Assembly (NCBI GenBank): GCA_004431415.1
Contig: QPMI01000453.1
Coordinates: 496,001-560,000 of the forward strand
Source of the DNA: Cyanophora paradoxa CCMP329
Taxonomy: Eukaryota; Plantae; Glaucophyta
Direction of reading: 5' to 3'
DNA: 64,000 nt
A program made the position numbers and the translations under genes. Positions within the stretch are counted from its first letter, which is position 1. Each line of letters starts with the position of its first letter. Below the pieces are notes generated by a model that was given only the letters and a program-made list of their open reading frames with translations, ran no database searches and was not told the DNA's origin. This document shows positions 30,701 through 45,700 of the stretch, piece after piece.

Positions 30701-33700
30701 TTCGTTCTCCGTTGAGCTTGCATGTCCCACTTTCATACAACTGACGGCTGCGCAGATGTATGATTCGGTAGAGTTGAATGCTTTAAAAGGGGCGAACAAC
30801 GACACGAATGCGTACCTCGCACAGTGGGGAGACGCGTGCAGGTCGTGCCCGACCTCAACGTCCCCTCCGTACCTCAAGCCTCCAAGCGAGCCCGAGCGAA
30901 CAGCGTTCTCGGAACGGCTTGTTGTCTTTAGCGCCGACACGTTTACGTGCTCCAGAGTCCTAATTTGGTTCGTGAACAAGCGATACGCATTTCGCGCTCG
31001 GATCTCCCAGCCGATGATGCTTTTCGCAGCGCAACGTGCTACGTTCGCTGCACGATCGCGCCTGTAAGCTGTTCCTGCGAATCGGTCCGCGCAATCGGCA
31101 ACAAAATTGATTATCTATCTCTTTTTGCAGGCTTTTTTGAAGGTTGGACTGGTGCCGGACGACTTCAATGTTACTCTCTTGGGAGGTTCTGTCTTTTTGC
31201 ATAAAGTGTTGCCAGTTAACGTTCCTGCCTTATGAAACCGACACCAAATCAGGAAAGCTCATCAGCGCCACGAGTTATGGATCGAACGTGATTCTTGACA
31301 TACAGGTTAGCTCTCTCGCCTCTGCTCTCTGGTACTATTAATCTACAGCTGCCGCCACCGGCCAATCTTCGAGTGCAGGGTGACCTCGACAGCGCGGTCC
31401 CTGGCTCGAACGAGCTCGTTATAGACGTGCGGTATCGCGTCGGAGGGAAGCAGATTCCATCCAGCCCCAAGAAAATCACTCTGCAGCCATTTGCCGTCAC
31501 TTGCAATGTAAAGCGTGGCGACCGCTGCCGCGTAACACAGGGCAGCTTCTCTCTCTTTGAGGTCACGGTGAGCTCGAGATTGATTCGACATTGACTTTGT
31601 GTTTCTCGTTCGTTTTTTACTTTGGCTCTTTCTAATCATGTAAATCAATACTTTTCCTACCAGCGCGAGCCATTTCTTCCCCCCATCGAGTTGACAACGC
31701 GGATCGCCTTTCTGAGCAACGTTACCATCACTCGTCCGGAACTCGTTGAGCTCATCTATGTCTCGCGTGAGAGCTCCACCGGCAAGTTCACGATTCGCTT
31801 CGGCGGGCTGAGCACAAACGACACCGACCCGGCCCGGCTCTACATCACAGCCTCCTCTGATCTGTCCGATCCCGACGTCAAGCCGCTGAGCGGCATATAT
31901 TTGGCGAACCAAGTCATCGAAGTTGTTGGGCTTGACAAGCCGCGCGGACTGATCTGCACCCCCACTCGCCTCGCTCACGGCCGAGTCTCCAACTGCTTGA
32001 GTTGGACCTCCCCGGATTCGCCACCCGTTTATTCTTCAGACTTTGTTCTGCAGAGCTCTTTCCTTCCTCAGTTCGATCCGCTTCCAAACGCGACGACGGA
32101 CGCTCTGGGCGACATTGTCACCATACCAATTCGTGCTCGTGACGTTCCGCTGACGCCCAACCTAACACTCTGGATAAACTGGATCGAGCCTCTGCAGTTC
32201 GAAGGGTCTCTGGCTGCCGGGCCGGCTGAACTCTCGTTTATCTGTGCGTTCTTATATATATTCAGCGGCTTTTCTCCTTGTTTTTGTCTATTCCCGATAC
32301 TGATGCGCGAGCCTGCACTCGCAGCGGCGAGATTGTGGTGTTGGTACGACAAGACCGTCGCTCGCAGTCAGGTCGACTGCACCCTCATTCGAATGGGTGA
32401 AAGCATGGCATTACAGTCTTCCGATTTCATGGCCCCCATCGTCCAAACGCCAAGGGGCTCCTACGCATCGTCGCCAACCCCTTACGTTGTCACGCCCGGT
32501 GGAAATGTGAGCGATTACTGCTGACTGATTTGCAAAGGTTGCACGATACATAGTAATTGCGTCGCTCAGATCACATTCTCTCTGCCAAACACGGGCAGCG
32601 TAGCAGGAGTCATCGTCGTCACTGTCCCATACAGCCCGGCGGTCGGCGGTGGCTCGGCTGGGACAGAGTACGTTCCGCCGAACGTGCTGATCGAGCTCGC
32701 CTGCGACCACACGACGAGGGCACTGCGCCAGACGACCACGTGCCATGTGCGTGGGGACCGCCACTGCGACCTTGTCGAAAACTTTCCGTTGAGCCGCTTC
32801 GAAACTTCGTTCTCACAGGTCACAAAGAACGTCGCTTCCTTTCACTCCTTCACGTCTCTCGACATCGTTGTTTCGTGGGTCGGGGTCAACGGCACTGTGA
32901 CGCTGGGCACACTCATCGACAAGGCCCCAAGTGCTGTCGACTTTGACGTTACTGCCCTTGTCCTTTCAGGCGTGGGCCAAGTGCAGGCGGTCGTTCTGGG
33001 AGATGATAGATTCAAATATTGGAATCTAACAATAGAGACGAGCCTCGCCTTTACCTGCCCGAAGGGCCGTATGGCGACTGGGCAAAGCCAGACATGCACG
33101 ATCTCCGCAAACACGCCCCTCCTCGCCTCCGATGTCAAAAGTGGGCACTCATCGAAAGATGCACTGACATTTGGCACGATAACCGCAAGCGCCGCCGGCG
33201 TGCTCAGCTTGCCTGTTACTGCGACGAAGGGGGCTTCTTCACACACGATTGCTGTTCTCCTGCCGAACGATGAACCTGTCCTTCCCATAAATTTGCCGAT
33301 CGTGGAAATCGTCGACATCAGCTGCAGACCTTCGGTAAAGCCCACGCGTATCGTACTCAACACACGTGCCAGCTGCATCCTCATCAAGACGGCTTCGTCG
33401 GCGGATCTTTTGCCCGCTGACATTGCCTACTCTGCCACTCCGGCGAAGACGATCGATCCAGCGGTTATTGGGAACAACGGGAATCTGAACTTCACGTACG
33501 TTGCCAACGCATTGTGCGGGACCGCCGGGTGCGCCCTGGACATCAAGTACTCCGCCGACCTCGGCGGCGCGACTGTGGCGCGGGCATCGAACACGTTCTT
33601 CGTCATCGACGTCGGCTCAGAGACGCACCCCTCGGGAAGGAAAGCGCGCGGCTTCGCCGACAACGCCTTGTTCGAGAAGGCGGCGAGCCAGCCCGACCTG

Positions 33701-36700
33701 CTCCCCTCGGACGTCGCTCCTGTTTGGTCGTCTAACAACTTTTTGGTCTCGAGCACTCCGCTTGTAAAGAGCGGAGGGGGCCTGACTGTTTCGCTCACGC
33801 CCTCAACTGGAGTCATCAACGGAAAATACAGGGTGAGCTGCGGTCGAAAGTGAGGGGCTCGTGTTTGAATTTAGTGCTTACACGCATCGCCTCAGATTTT
33901 CTGGTCCAGCGGCGTCGTGGATGAAATCATCGAGGGACGAGTGGGCATGACTCCGGAGACGACAATAAGCATCGTGCGCACCGTAATGTTTATGCGCATG
34001 CCCCTTATGAGTCGCAGATCTAGATTCAAAGGCTTCTATACTTATAGAAAACCCTTTGCTTCAACGCCACAGCCGACGGCGACTCGTGCACAGGTCGATG
34101 TCTCGCTCTCGTGTGCTGGCAAAACGGACCCAGCGCTGCGCATGTTGTTTGGCACGGTCGTTAACTGCGTTGTTCTGAAAACATCGACGTCGGACGATTT
34201 GCAAGCTAGCGACATCGCTGCGCCGATGGCGAGCGCAACACACGCGACAATCTCGGGCTTCACTTTTGACTCGGCCAGCCAATTTTCCTTCACGTGCGTG
34301 TGCCTGTGCGATGCGTACCATTGCTTAATATCCGGAAACATCTTAATATCGCGATGATCTTCAGTTACATCGCCCTGGATCCTCCTGCGACCGGCCAAGA
34401 CTCGATTCTACTCTACTGGGGATCAGGACTTACCGCCGACAAGCTCCTTGCAGAACTTCGTAATGTCAGCTTCGTCAGTGCACAGCTTTTCACCGATCGG
34501 CAGCGCATTCGAAAGGAAGCGGATGTCTTTGGATACATCGGTCGCACCGCCCCTTCTGCACCCCTGCTCTTGAGCGATTTCGACAATCTCGCCTTTTCCA
34601 GCACCTACACCGCGGTGAATCACACCACGTACCTTGCTGACAACGCGACTGGCAACGTCACCTTCACTGCCCGCGCCACGAGCGCCGGTGAAGGAGCGAG
34701 GTTTTCGGTGCGGTACTCTTCCAGCGTCATTGGCGGAGGAGGCGCCGTGCCTGGCGCGCCGCCTCTCGACGTTGTTGGTCCGTACGAAGTCGCCTTTTAC
34801 TGGCACGTCTTTCATATATATTCACGATGGCTTATCGCTATTTCGCAGATGTTAGCGCTATTACGTGCGACATGACCCGCGTCGGAGTTAATAGTATCGT
34901 TCAATGTGAAGTGACGAAGGCAGCTGGTTCTCCGCAGCTACGGCGTGATGACTTCCTGGACCCTTACTTTAATCAACTTTCACAGTCAACAGTGGTCACA
35001 GCAACTGGTCTCAGCTTCCCCTATCAACCGACTGTAGTTAACGGGTACATCTAATTAACGCTTAAGCTTGTTTGCACTCGTTTGCATCATACATGCCCAT
35101 TGCTGACCTCACGATCGTTCTTTTTCCTGCAGACCGGCGTTCGAGTTTCGCCTCCAATGGGCACCCGAGCTCGTGCATGGGACCGCAGCAGTCAGTCCTT
35201 TATACGTGATTTCTGCAAATGCTCAGTGCAGCGCCTCACGACGGAATCCGGACGCGCTTGGTGAGAAAATGTGTTGCGGTTGCATTCCATTGGTTTGTAA
35301 ACGGCTCGTTTGCAGCAACATGCCAGGTCATTCCAGTCGAAAACAGCGCCCCGCTAGAGCTGGCCGATTTGCGCCTCACATCGACTGATTCTACCTTGCT
35401 TCGACCGGAACCTCCCGCCCTGATCCCCGGCACCAATGGTGCCATTCTTCTTTCTGCAACTGCTCTCGAGGCGACCCCGATGACCAACCTGCTGGTGAAA
35501 TGGTCAGAAGAGGTGCAAATCAGATTGCAATACTTATTGGCTCTCTACAAGAGCGGTGCAAACATCCTTTCCGCATGCAGCTCGGAAACGGGACCGTGGC
35601 GAATGTCTCGGTGACGATCATCGATGCGGCTCTAAGCTGTCCACCGAAGTCAGTGGCAGGTCGCACTCTGTCCTGCAACATTACGCGGGCTGGAAATTCC
35701 CCTACACTTGAGCTGAGCGATTTCTTCCGCACGGTTTTCATCATCGGAAGAGGCCAGTCTTTTGTGCATGTGCTTCGAACCGCACCGGATCTGGACGGCT
35801 TTACTTTCGGAGTCACAATCCCTTCGGTCTCTCAGCTTGCTACTGCAAGCGTTTTCGCAAACGCTACCTTTGCAAATACGACCGTTGTGTTCAACGGAAT
35901 CACTCTTGGAAAGTTCGCCACAAGGGGAAGCCATATTCAGCTCATTTCCGCGACTTTGAGCTGCAATCAGACACGTGCTCGGCGCTTCACTTCCATAACC
36001 TGCCGTATTCTCCCGCAGCTCGGATTCATGACCCCTTCCGATGTTGTCATACCTCCGGGAGAGAATTCTCAAGCTCTCTCCAACATCATCGGCGATAACC
36101 AATCAGATTCGAGCTCGAGCCTAGGCCTAGTGCGTATTTTATTTGCTCTTCTTGTAATTATCTCAGACTGATTTGCTTTCGCCCGATGACCGTGCGCTCA
36201 AAGATTATTGCCGAGTTCAATGCAACCACCCTCATCACAAATGGAACGATAACGGCTCTGTACCATGAGCTCTCCGGGGGCGGCCTCATCGGCCGCTCAA
36301 ACGTGACTGTCATCGATGCGGTAGCTCGATGCAGCCAGACGCGGTTCGCGGTCGGCACGGCAATCGAATGCATCGCAGAGCCTGTTGCAGGATCCGGTGC
36401 CCTTCGGATTTCGGATTTCGTATTCTCTGGATCTTCGGTTGCTGGCGGGGGAGTGCAGATAAACATGCCCTTCATTCGGAATGGAAGCGTGACTCTTATT
36501 GCGGTAGGCTTAAGGCCAGAGACCGCGGTGCCTGTAGAAATTCGATGGTCAGAATCAGTCGGAGGAGGTGGTCTCATTCAAACTCTTTTGGACGTCGTGG
36601 GAGCCACCTTGAGCTGCCCAGAACGCGTCCGTGAGGGCATCGACACGCTGTGCATCTTGGTTCCGTCACCCGGCGGGCCTGCACTCGACACAGCGGACCT

Positions 36701-39700
36701 TCTTCCGGGGACGGTCGTGCCGGTGGACGCTGCTCGCGTGCTGCCGCTGGCGCTTCATGCACAGCAGCCGGGGAACGTGTCGCTCGGCCTCCTGAACGTC
36801 AGCCTGCACCTGGGCGGCGTGAAAGTGTCGGTCCGCTACAGCTCCAGCGTCCATCCTGGGATGCCAGCCGTCTCACAGTCGCCGTCGACGATACATGTGG
36901 TCGGGGCAGTTCTCTCTACGAACGCCACGCGAGCGGTTGCGGGTGCCCCCGTTGGTGTCACTCTCGCGAGGAAAAACGGGTCCGAGCCGCTTCTGCCCAC
37001 GGACTTTGAGGGCTTCTGGCTACTTGGCGCATCCGCTGACGGTCGCCCGCCGCAAATCTCCGATCTGGCCCCGATCACAGCAAGCAGCGAGTCCCTTGCG
37101 TTCTTCGTGCAACCAACGACAGTGGGCGAGACCCTGCGTCTGTGGGCAAACTACAGCAGCCGTGTGGGCGGCGGCCTCGTCAACGAGGTCAACATCGTTG
37201 TTGTGGAGGCTACAGTCGCCTGCGCGCCCCTCCGCATCGTCATTGGCGCCGCCATCTTCTGCAACGTATCCCGCACGGCGGCGTCCCCAGCCCTCGTGGC
37301 CTCCGACCTGACGCTCGCTGTGTCACCGCCAACCGCGGGCACCATCGGCCAGCTCATCGCTGTCAGCGGCCAGCCGCACCAGTTCGAGTTCACTTTCGTG
37401 CCTTCCGAGCCAGCTCTCGGCAGCATCCACGTCCGCTATGCTCCGCTCATAGATGCGACGGAGCAGCACATCGGTGGCAGCCCCGTGCAGTTCACCTCGC
37501 TGAACGCGACACTGCATTGCAACCCGCTGCGCCGCCACGTAGGCGCTGTGTCGTTCTGCAACGTAACGAAGTTCGGCGCGGGCGGCAACCTTCTCACGTC
37601 CGATTTCGCCGCACTGGCCTCGCCTGCAGGGGTCGCGGGCGTCATCGGACCTCACCCGACCCTCAACGGTTCCCTTGCTTTCAACTTCACCGCGACCACC
37701 CCGACGGGGCCCGGTGGCGAGCGCATCCAGGTGATTCGCAGCAGCCTCATGCTCTGCAAAGCGACTCTCTGACACGGCTCTCGTGCCCCTGCAGATCCAG
37801 TGGCATCCGTCACTCACCGTTGGGCTGCTGAATGCAATGGTCGTCGAGAGGCTATTCAACACCCTTGTTGTAATCAACGCGACCCTGCACTGCCCGCCTC
37901 GCGTCGGCGTGGCAGCAAACTTCTCGTGCGTCCTGGTGCCTCCGGCAGGCTCTGCACCACTCCTCGCGGGCGACTTTGTGGACGTAGCGCGCCTCCTGCC
38001 CTCGGACCCAGACACTGGAGGCACAGGAAGCCCTGCTGGCATAAGCATGAGCGAGGTCTTTGCCGCGTTGAACGGAGACGTCGGCGTCGCGTCTTTGCAG
38101 CTGCATGAAGCGGGCGCATGGTGGCTGCGGCCGCAGTGGAGCTTGGCCGTGGGCGGTGGCTTCGTCCGGCCTGTCCCCGTAGCAGTTGTGGAGGCCAGCA
38201 TCAACTGCCCGCCGCGTGTCCGCGAGGGCATCGATACGCTGTGCGTCTTGGTTCCGTCACCCGGCGGGCCTGCGCTCGACACAGCGGACCTTCTTCCGGG
38301 GATGGTCGTGCCGGCGGATGCTGCTCGCGTGTTGCCGCTGGCGCTTCATGCACAGCAGCCGGGGAACGTGTCGCTTGGCCTCCTGAACGTCAGCCTGCAC
38401 CTGGGCGGCGTGAAAGTGTCGGTCCGGTACAACTCGTACATCAACTCCGCTTCGGCAGACATCACGCTGTCTCCGTTGACGATACATGTGGTTGGGGCAG
38501 TTCTCTCTACGAACGCCACGCGAGCGGTTGCGGGTGCCCCCGTTGGTGTCACTCTCGCGAGGAAAAACGGGTCCGAGCCGCTTCTGCCCACGGACTTTGA
38601 GGGCTTCTGGCTACTTGGCGCATCCGCTGACGGTCGCCCGCCGCAAATCTCCGATCTGGTCCCGATCACAGCGAGCAGCGAGTCCCTTGCGTTCTTCGTG
38701 CAACCAACGACAGTGGGCGAGACCCTGCGTCTGTGGGCAAACTACAGCAGCCGTGTGGGCGGCGGCCTCGTCAACGAGGTCAACATCGTTGTTGTGGAGG
38801 CTACAGTCGCCTGCGCGCCCCTCCGCATCGTCATTGGCGCCGCCATCTTCTGCAATGTATCCCGCACGGCGGCGTCCCCAGCCCTCGTGGCCTCCGACCT
38901 GACGCTCGCTGTGTCACCGCCAACCGCGGGCACCATCGGCCAGCTCATCGCTGTCAGCGGCCAGCCGCACCAGTTCGAGTTCACTTTCGTGCCTTCCGAG
39001 CCAGCTCTCGGCAGCATCCACGTCCGCTATGCTCCGCTCATAGATGCGACGGAGCAGCACATCGGTGGCAGCCCCGTGCAGTTCACCTCGCTGAACGCGA
39101 CACTGCATTGCAACCCGCTGCGCCGCCACGTAGGCGCTGTGTCGTTCTGCAACGTAACGAAGTTCGGCGCGGGCGGCGACCTTCTCACGTCCGATTTCGC
39201 CGCACTGGCCTCGCCTGCAGGCGTCACGGGCGTCATCGGACCTCACCCGACCCTCAACGGTTCCCTTGCTTTCAACTTCACCGCGACCACCCCGACGGGG
39301 CCCGGTGGCGAGCGCATCCAGGTGATTCGCTGCAGCCTCATGCTCTGCAAAGCGACTCTCTGACACGGCTCTCGTGCCCCTGCAGATCCAGTGGCACCCG
39401 TCACTCACCGTTGGGCTGCTGAATGCAATGGTCGTCGAGAGGCTATTCAACACCCTTGTTGTAATCAACGCGACCCTGCACTGCCCGCCTCGCGTCGGCG
39501 TGGCAGCAAACTTCTCGTGCGTCCTGGTGCCTCCGGCAGGCTCTGCACCACTCCTCGCGGGCGACTTTGTGGACGTAGCGCGCCTCCTGCCCTCGGACCC
39601 AGACACTGGAGGCACAGGAAGCCCTGCTGGCATAAGCATGAGCGAGGTCTTTGCCGCGTTGAACGGAGACGTCGGCGTCGCGTCTTTGCAGCTGCATGAA

Positions 39701-42700
39701 GCGGGCGCATGGTGGCTGCGGCCGCAGTGGAGCTTGGCCGTGGGCGGTGGCCTCGTCCGGCCTGTCCCCGTAGCAGTTGTGGAGGCCAGCATCAACTGCC
39801 CGCCGCGTGTCCGCGAGGGCATCGATACGCTGTGCGTCTTGGTTCCGTCACCCGGCGGGCCTGCGCTCGACACAGCGGACCTTCTTCCGGGGATGGTCGT
39901 GCCGGCGGATGCTGCTCGCGTGTTGCCGCTGGCGCTTCATGCACAGCAGCCGGGGAACGTGTCGCTTGGCCTCCTGAACGTCAGCCTGCACCTGGGCGGC
40001 GTGAAAGTGTCGGTCCGGTACAACTCGTACATCAACTCCGCTTCGGCAGACATCACGCTGTCTCCGTTGACGATACATGTGGTTGGGGCAGTTCTCTCTA
40101 CGAACGCCACGCGAGCGGTTGCGGGTGCCCCGTTGGTGTCACTCTCGCGAGGAAAAACGGGTCCGAGCCGCTTCTGCCCACGGACTTTGAGGGCTTCTGG
40201 CTACTTGGCGCATCCGCTGACGGTCGCCCGCCGCAAATCTCCGATCTGGTCCCGATCACAGCGAGCAGCGAGTCCCTTGCGTTCTTCGTGCAACCAACGA
40301 CAGTGGGCGAGACCCTGCGTCTGTGGGCAAACTACAGCAGCCGTGTGGGCGGCGGCCTCGTCAACGAGGTCAACATCGTTGTTGTGGAGGCTACAGTCGC
40401 CTGCGCGCCCCTCCGCATCGTCATTGGCGCCGCCATCTTCTGCAATGTATCCCGCACGGCGGCGTCCCCAGCCCTCGTGGCCTCCGACCTGACGCTCGCT
40501 GTGTCACCGCCAACCGCGGGCACCATCGGCCAGCTCATCGCTGTCAGCGGCCAGCCGCACCAGTTCGAGTTCACTTTCGTGCCTTCCGAGCCAGCTCTCG
40601 GCAGCATCCACGTCCGCTATGCTCCGCTCATAGATGCGACGGAGCAGCACATCGGTGGCAGCCCCGTGCAGTTCACCTCGCTGAACGCGACACTGCATTG
40701 CAACCCGCTGCGCCGCCACGTAGGCGCTGTGTCGTTCTGCAACGTAACGAAGTTCGGCGCGGGCGGCGACCTTCTCACGTCCGATTTCGCCGCACTGGCC
40801 TCGCCTGCAGGCGTCACGGGCGTCATCGGACCTCACCCGACCCTCAACGGTTCCCTTGCTTTCAACTTCACCGCGACCACCCCGACGGGGCCCGGTGGCG
40901 AGCGCATCCAGGTGATTCGCTGCAGCCTCATGCTCTGCAAAGCGACTCTCTGACACGGCTCTCGTGCCCCTGCAGATCCAGTGGCACCCGTCACTCACCG
41001 TTGGGCTGCTGAATGCAATGGTCGTCGAGAGGCTATTCAACACCCTTGTTGTAATCAACGCGACCCTGCACTGCCCGCCTCGCGTCGGCGTGGCAGCAAA
41101 CTTCTCGTGCGTCCTGGTGCCTCCGGCAGGCTCTGCACCACTCCTCGCGGGCGACTTTGTGGACGTAGCGCGCCTCCTGCCCTCGGACCCAGACACTGGA
41201 GGCACAGGAAGCCCTGCTGGCATAAGCATGAGCGAGGTCTTTGCCGCGTTGAACGGAGACGTCGGCGTCGCGTCTTTGCAGCTGCATGAAGCGGGCGCAT
41301 GGTGGCTGCGGCCGCAGTGGAGCTTGGCCGTGGGCGGTGGCTTCGTCCGGCCTGTCCCCGTAGCAGTTGTGGAGGCCAGCATCAACTGCCCGCCACGTGT
41401 CCGCGAGGGCATCGATACGCTGTGCGTCTTGGTTCCGTCACCCGGCGGGCCTGCGCTCGACACAGCGGACCTTCTTCCGGGGACGGTTGTGCCGGCGGAT
41501 GCTGCTCGCGTGTTGCCGCTGGCGCTTCATGCACAGCAGCCGGGGAACATGTCGCTCGGCCTCCTGAACGTCAGCCTGCACCTGGGCGGCGTGAACGTGT
41601 CGGTCCGCTACAACGCGTCCATCAACTCCGCTTCGGCAGACATCACGCTGTCTCCGTTGACGATACATGTGGTCGGGGCAGTTCTCTCTACGAACGCCAC
41701 GCGTACAGTTTTTGGCGCCCCCGTTGGTGTGACGCTTGCGCGGAAGAATGGGTCCGAGCCGCTTCTGCCCACGGACTTTGAGGGCTTTTGGTACATCAAT
41801 GCATCTGAAGATGGCAGTCTCCGAATCTCCGAATTGTTCCTGACCACATCGACTGGCGACTCATTCACCTTTCTTGTTCGAATATTCGCTGTAGGAGATG
41901 CTACACGTCTGTGGGCAAACTACAGCAGCCGTGTGGGCGGCGGCCTCGTCAACGAGGTCAACATCGTTGTTGTGGAGGCTACAGTCGCCTGCGCGCCCCT
42001 CCGCATCGTCATTGGCGCCGCCATCTTCTGCAATGTATCCCGCACGGCGGCGTCCCCAGCCCTCGTGGCCTCCGACCTGACGCTCGCTGTGTCACCGCCA
42101 ACCGCGGGCACCATCGGCCAGCTCATCGCTGTCAGCGGCCAGCCGCACCAGTTCGAGTTCACTTTCGTGCCTTCCGAGCCAGCTCTCGGCAGCATCCACG
42201 TCCGCTATGCTCCGCTCATAGATGCGACGGAGCAGCACATCGGTGGCAGCCCCGTGCAGTTCACCTCGCTGAACGCGACACTGCATTGCAACCCGCTGCG
42301 CCGCCACGTAGGCGCTGTGTCGTTCTGCAACGTAACGAAGTTCGGCGCGGGCGGCGACCTTCTCACGTCCGATTTCGCCGCACTGGCCTCGCCTGCAGGC
42401 GTCACGGGCGTCATCGGACCTCACCCGACCCTCAACGGTTCCCTTGCTTTCAACTTCACCGCGACCACCCCGACGGGGCCCGGTGGCGAGCGCATCCAGG
42501 TGATTCGCTGCAGCCTCATGCTCTGCAAAGCGACTCTCTGACACGGCTCTCGTGCCCCTGCAGATCCAGTGGCACCCGTCACTCACCGTTGGGCTGCTGA
42601 ATGCAATGGTCGTCGAGAGGCTATTCAACACCCTTGTTGTAATCAACGCGACCCTGCACTGCCCGCCTCGCGTCGGCGTGGCAGCAAACTTCTCGTGCGT

Positions 42701-45700
42701 CCTGGTGCCTCCGGCAGGCTCTGCACCACTCCTCGCGGGCGACTTCAGGGATGTCGGGCGCCTCCTGCCGTCGGACCCGGACACTGGAGGCACAGGAAGC
42801 CCTGCTGGTTCAAGCATGAGCGAGGTCTTTGTTGCATGGAACGGAGACGTCGGCGTCGCGTCTTTGCAGCTGCATGAAGCGGGCGCGTGGTGGCTGCGGC
42901 CGCAGTGGAGCTTGGCCGTGGGCGGTGGCTTCGTCCGGCCTGTCCCCGTAGCAGTTGTGGAGGCCAGCATCAACTGCCCACCGCGCGTCCGCGAGGGCAT
43001 CGATACGCTGTGCGTCTTGGTTCCGTCACCCGGCGGGCCTGCGCTTGACACAGTGGACTTTCTTCCGGGGACGGTTGTGCCGGCGGACGCTGCTCGCGTG
43101 TTGCCGCTGGCGCTTCATGCACAGCAGCCGGGGAACGTGTCGCTCGGCCTCCTGAACGTCAGCCTGCACCTGGGTGGCGTGAACGTGTCGGTCCACTACA
43201 ACGCGTCCATCAACCTCGCGTCGCCAGAAACCACGCTGTCGCCGTCGACGATACATGTGGTTGGGGCAGTTCTCGCGACAAACATGACCCGCATTGCTGT
43301 TCGTGCACCCGTTGGAATTACGTTCGCGCGAAAGAATCTGTCGGAGCCTCTTCGGCCCTCGGATTGCGAGAGAGTCTGGCTTCAGAACCCGCAAAACCAA
43401 AGCAGCCTGTCACAATCGCCATCCTCATTTTCCCTTTTAACTTCGAAGTCCGGCGAGGCCCTCACTTTCCTCGTGCACCCACCGCTTGCAGGGCACCCCG
43501 TCCGTTTGTGGACAAACTACAGCAACAGCATAGGCGGCGGCCTTGTCAACGAGATCAATATCACTGTCGTGGAAGCTGCAGTTGCCTGCTCGCCTCTCCG
43601 CATCGTCATTGGCGCCGCCATCGTCTGCAATGTATCCCGCACGGCGGCGTCCCCAGCCCTCGTGGCCTCCGACCTGACGCTCTCCGTGTCGCCGCCAACA
43701 GCGGGCACCATCGGCCAGCTCATCGCTGTCGGCGGTCAGCCGCACCAGTTCGAGTTCACTTTCGTGCCTTCCGAGCCAGTTCTCGGCAGCATCCACGTCC
43801 GCTATGCTCCGCTCATAGATGAAACGGAGCAGCACATCGGTGGCAGTCCCGTGCAGTTCACCTCGCTGAACGCGACACTGCATTGCAACCCGCTGCGCCG
43901 CCACGTAGGCGCTGTGTCGTTTTGCAACGTAACGAAGTTCGGCGCGGGCGGCGACCTTCTCACGTCCGATTTCGCCGCACTGGCCTCGCCTGCAGGCGTC
44001 GCGGGCGTCATCGGACCTCACCCGACCCTCAACGGTTCCCTTGCTTTCAACTTCACCGCGACCACCCCGACGGGGCCCGGTGGCGAGCGCATCCAGGTGA
44101 TTCGCTGCAGCCTCATGCTCTGCAAAGCGACTCTCTGACACGGATCTCGTGCCCCTGCAGATCCAGTGGCACCCGTCACTCACCGTTGGGCTGCTGAATG
44201 CGACTGTCGTCAAGAGGCTATTCAACACCCTTGTTGTTATCAACGCGACCCTGCACTGCCCGCCTCGCGTCAGCGTGGCAGCGAACTTCTCATGCGTCCT
44301 GGTGCCTCCAGCGGGATCTGCACCACTCCTCGCGGGCGACTTTGCCGACGTAGCGCGCCTCCCGCCCTCGGACCCAGACACTGGAGGCATAGGGCGCCCA
44401 GCTGGGACAAGCATGAGTGAGTTCTTTGCCGCATGGAACGGAGACGTCGGCGTCGCGTCTTTGCAGCTGCATGAAGCGGGCGCGTGGTGGCTGCGGCCGC
44501 AGTGGAGCTTGGCCGTGGGCGGTGGCTTCGTCCGGCCTGCCTCTGTTGTTGTAGTGGGTGCCAGATTGAGCTGCCCGTCGCGCGTCCGCGAGGGCATCGA
44601 CACGCTGTGCGTCTTGGTTCCGTCACCCGGCGGGCCTGCGCTCGACACAGCGGACCTTCTTCCGGGGACGGTCGTGCCGGCGGACGCTGCTCGCGTGCTG
44701 CCGCTGGCGCTTCATGCACAGCAGCCGGGGAACGTGTCGCTCGGCCTCAAGAACGTCAGCCTGCACCTGGGTGGCGTGAACGTGTCGGTCCGCTACAACG
44801 CGTCCATCAACCTCGCGTCGCCAGAAACCACGCTGTCGCCGTCGACGATACATGTGGTTGGGGCAGTTCTCGCGACAAACATGACCCGCATTGCTGTTCG
44901 TGCACCCGTTGGAATTACGTTCGCGCGAAAGAATCTGTCGGAGCCTCTTCGGCCCTCGGATTGCGAGAGAGTCTGGCTTCAGAACCCGCAAAACCAAAGC
45001 AGCCTGTCACAATCGCCATCCTCATTTTCCCTTTTAACTTCGAAGTCCGGCGAGGCCCTCACTTTCCTCGTGCACCCACCGCTTGCAGGGCACCCCGTCC
45101 GTTTGTGGACAAACTACAGCAACAGCATAGGCGGCGGCCTTGTCAACGAGATCAATATCACTGTCGTGGAAGCTGCAGTTGCCTGCTCGCCTCTCCGCAT
45201 CGTCATTGGCGCCGCCATCGTCTGCAATGTATCCCGCACGGCGGCGTCCCCAGCCCTCGTGGCCTCCGACCTGACGCTCGCTGTGTCACCGCCAACAGCG
45301 GGCACCATCGGCCAGCTCATCGCTGTCAGCGGTCAGCCGCACCAGTTCGAGTTCACTTTCGTGCCTTCCGAGCCAGCTCTCGGCAGCATCCACGTCCGCT
45401 ATGCTCCGCTCATAGATGCGACGGAGCAGCACATCGGTGGCAGCCCCGTGCAGTTCACCTCGCTGAACGCGACACTGCATTGCAACCCGCTGCGCCGCCA
45501 CGTAGGCGCTGTGTCGTTCTGCAACGTGACGAAGTTCGACGCGGGCGGCGACCTCCTCACGTCCGATTTCGCCGCACTGGCCTCGCCTGCAGGGGTCGCG
45601 GGCGTCATCGGACCTCACCCGACCCTCAACGGTTCCCTTGCTTTCAACTTCACCGCGACCACCCCGACGGGGCCCAGTGGCGAGCGCATCCAGGTGATTC

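Noticed and set aside
37323-44648. Long antisense and alternate-frame ORFs (229-403 aa) across the array
   Set aside because: Shadow ORFs of GC-rich coding repeats; they recur only because the DNA is repeated.
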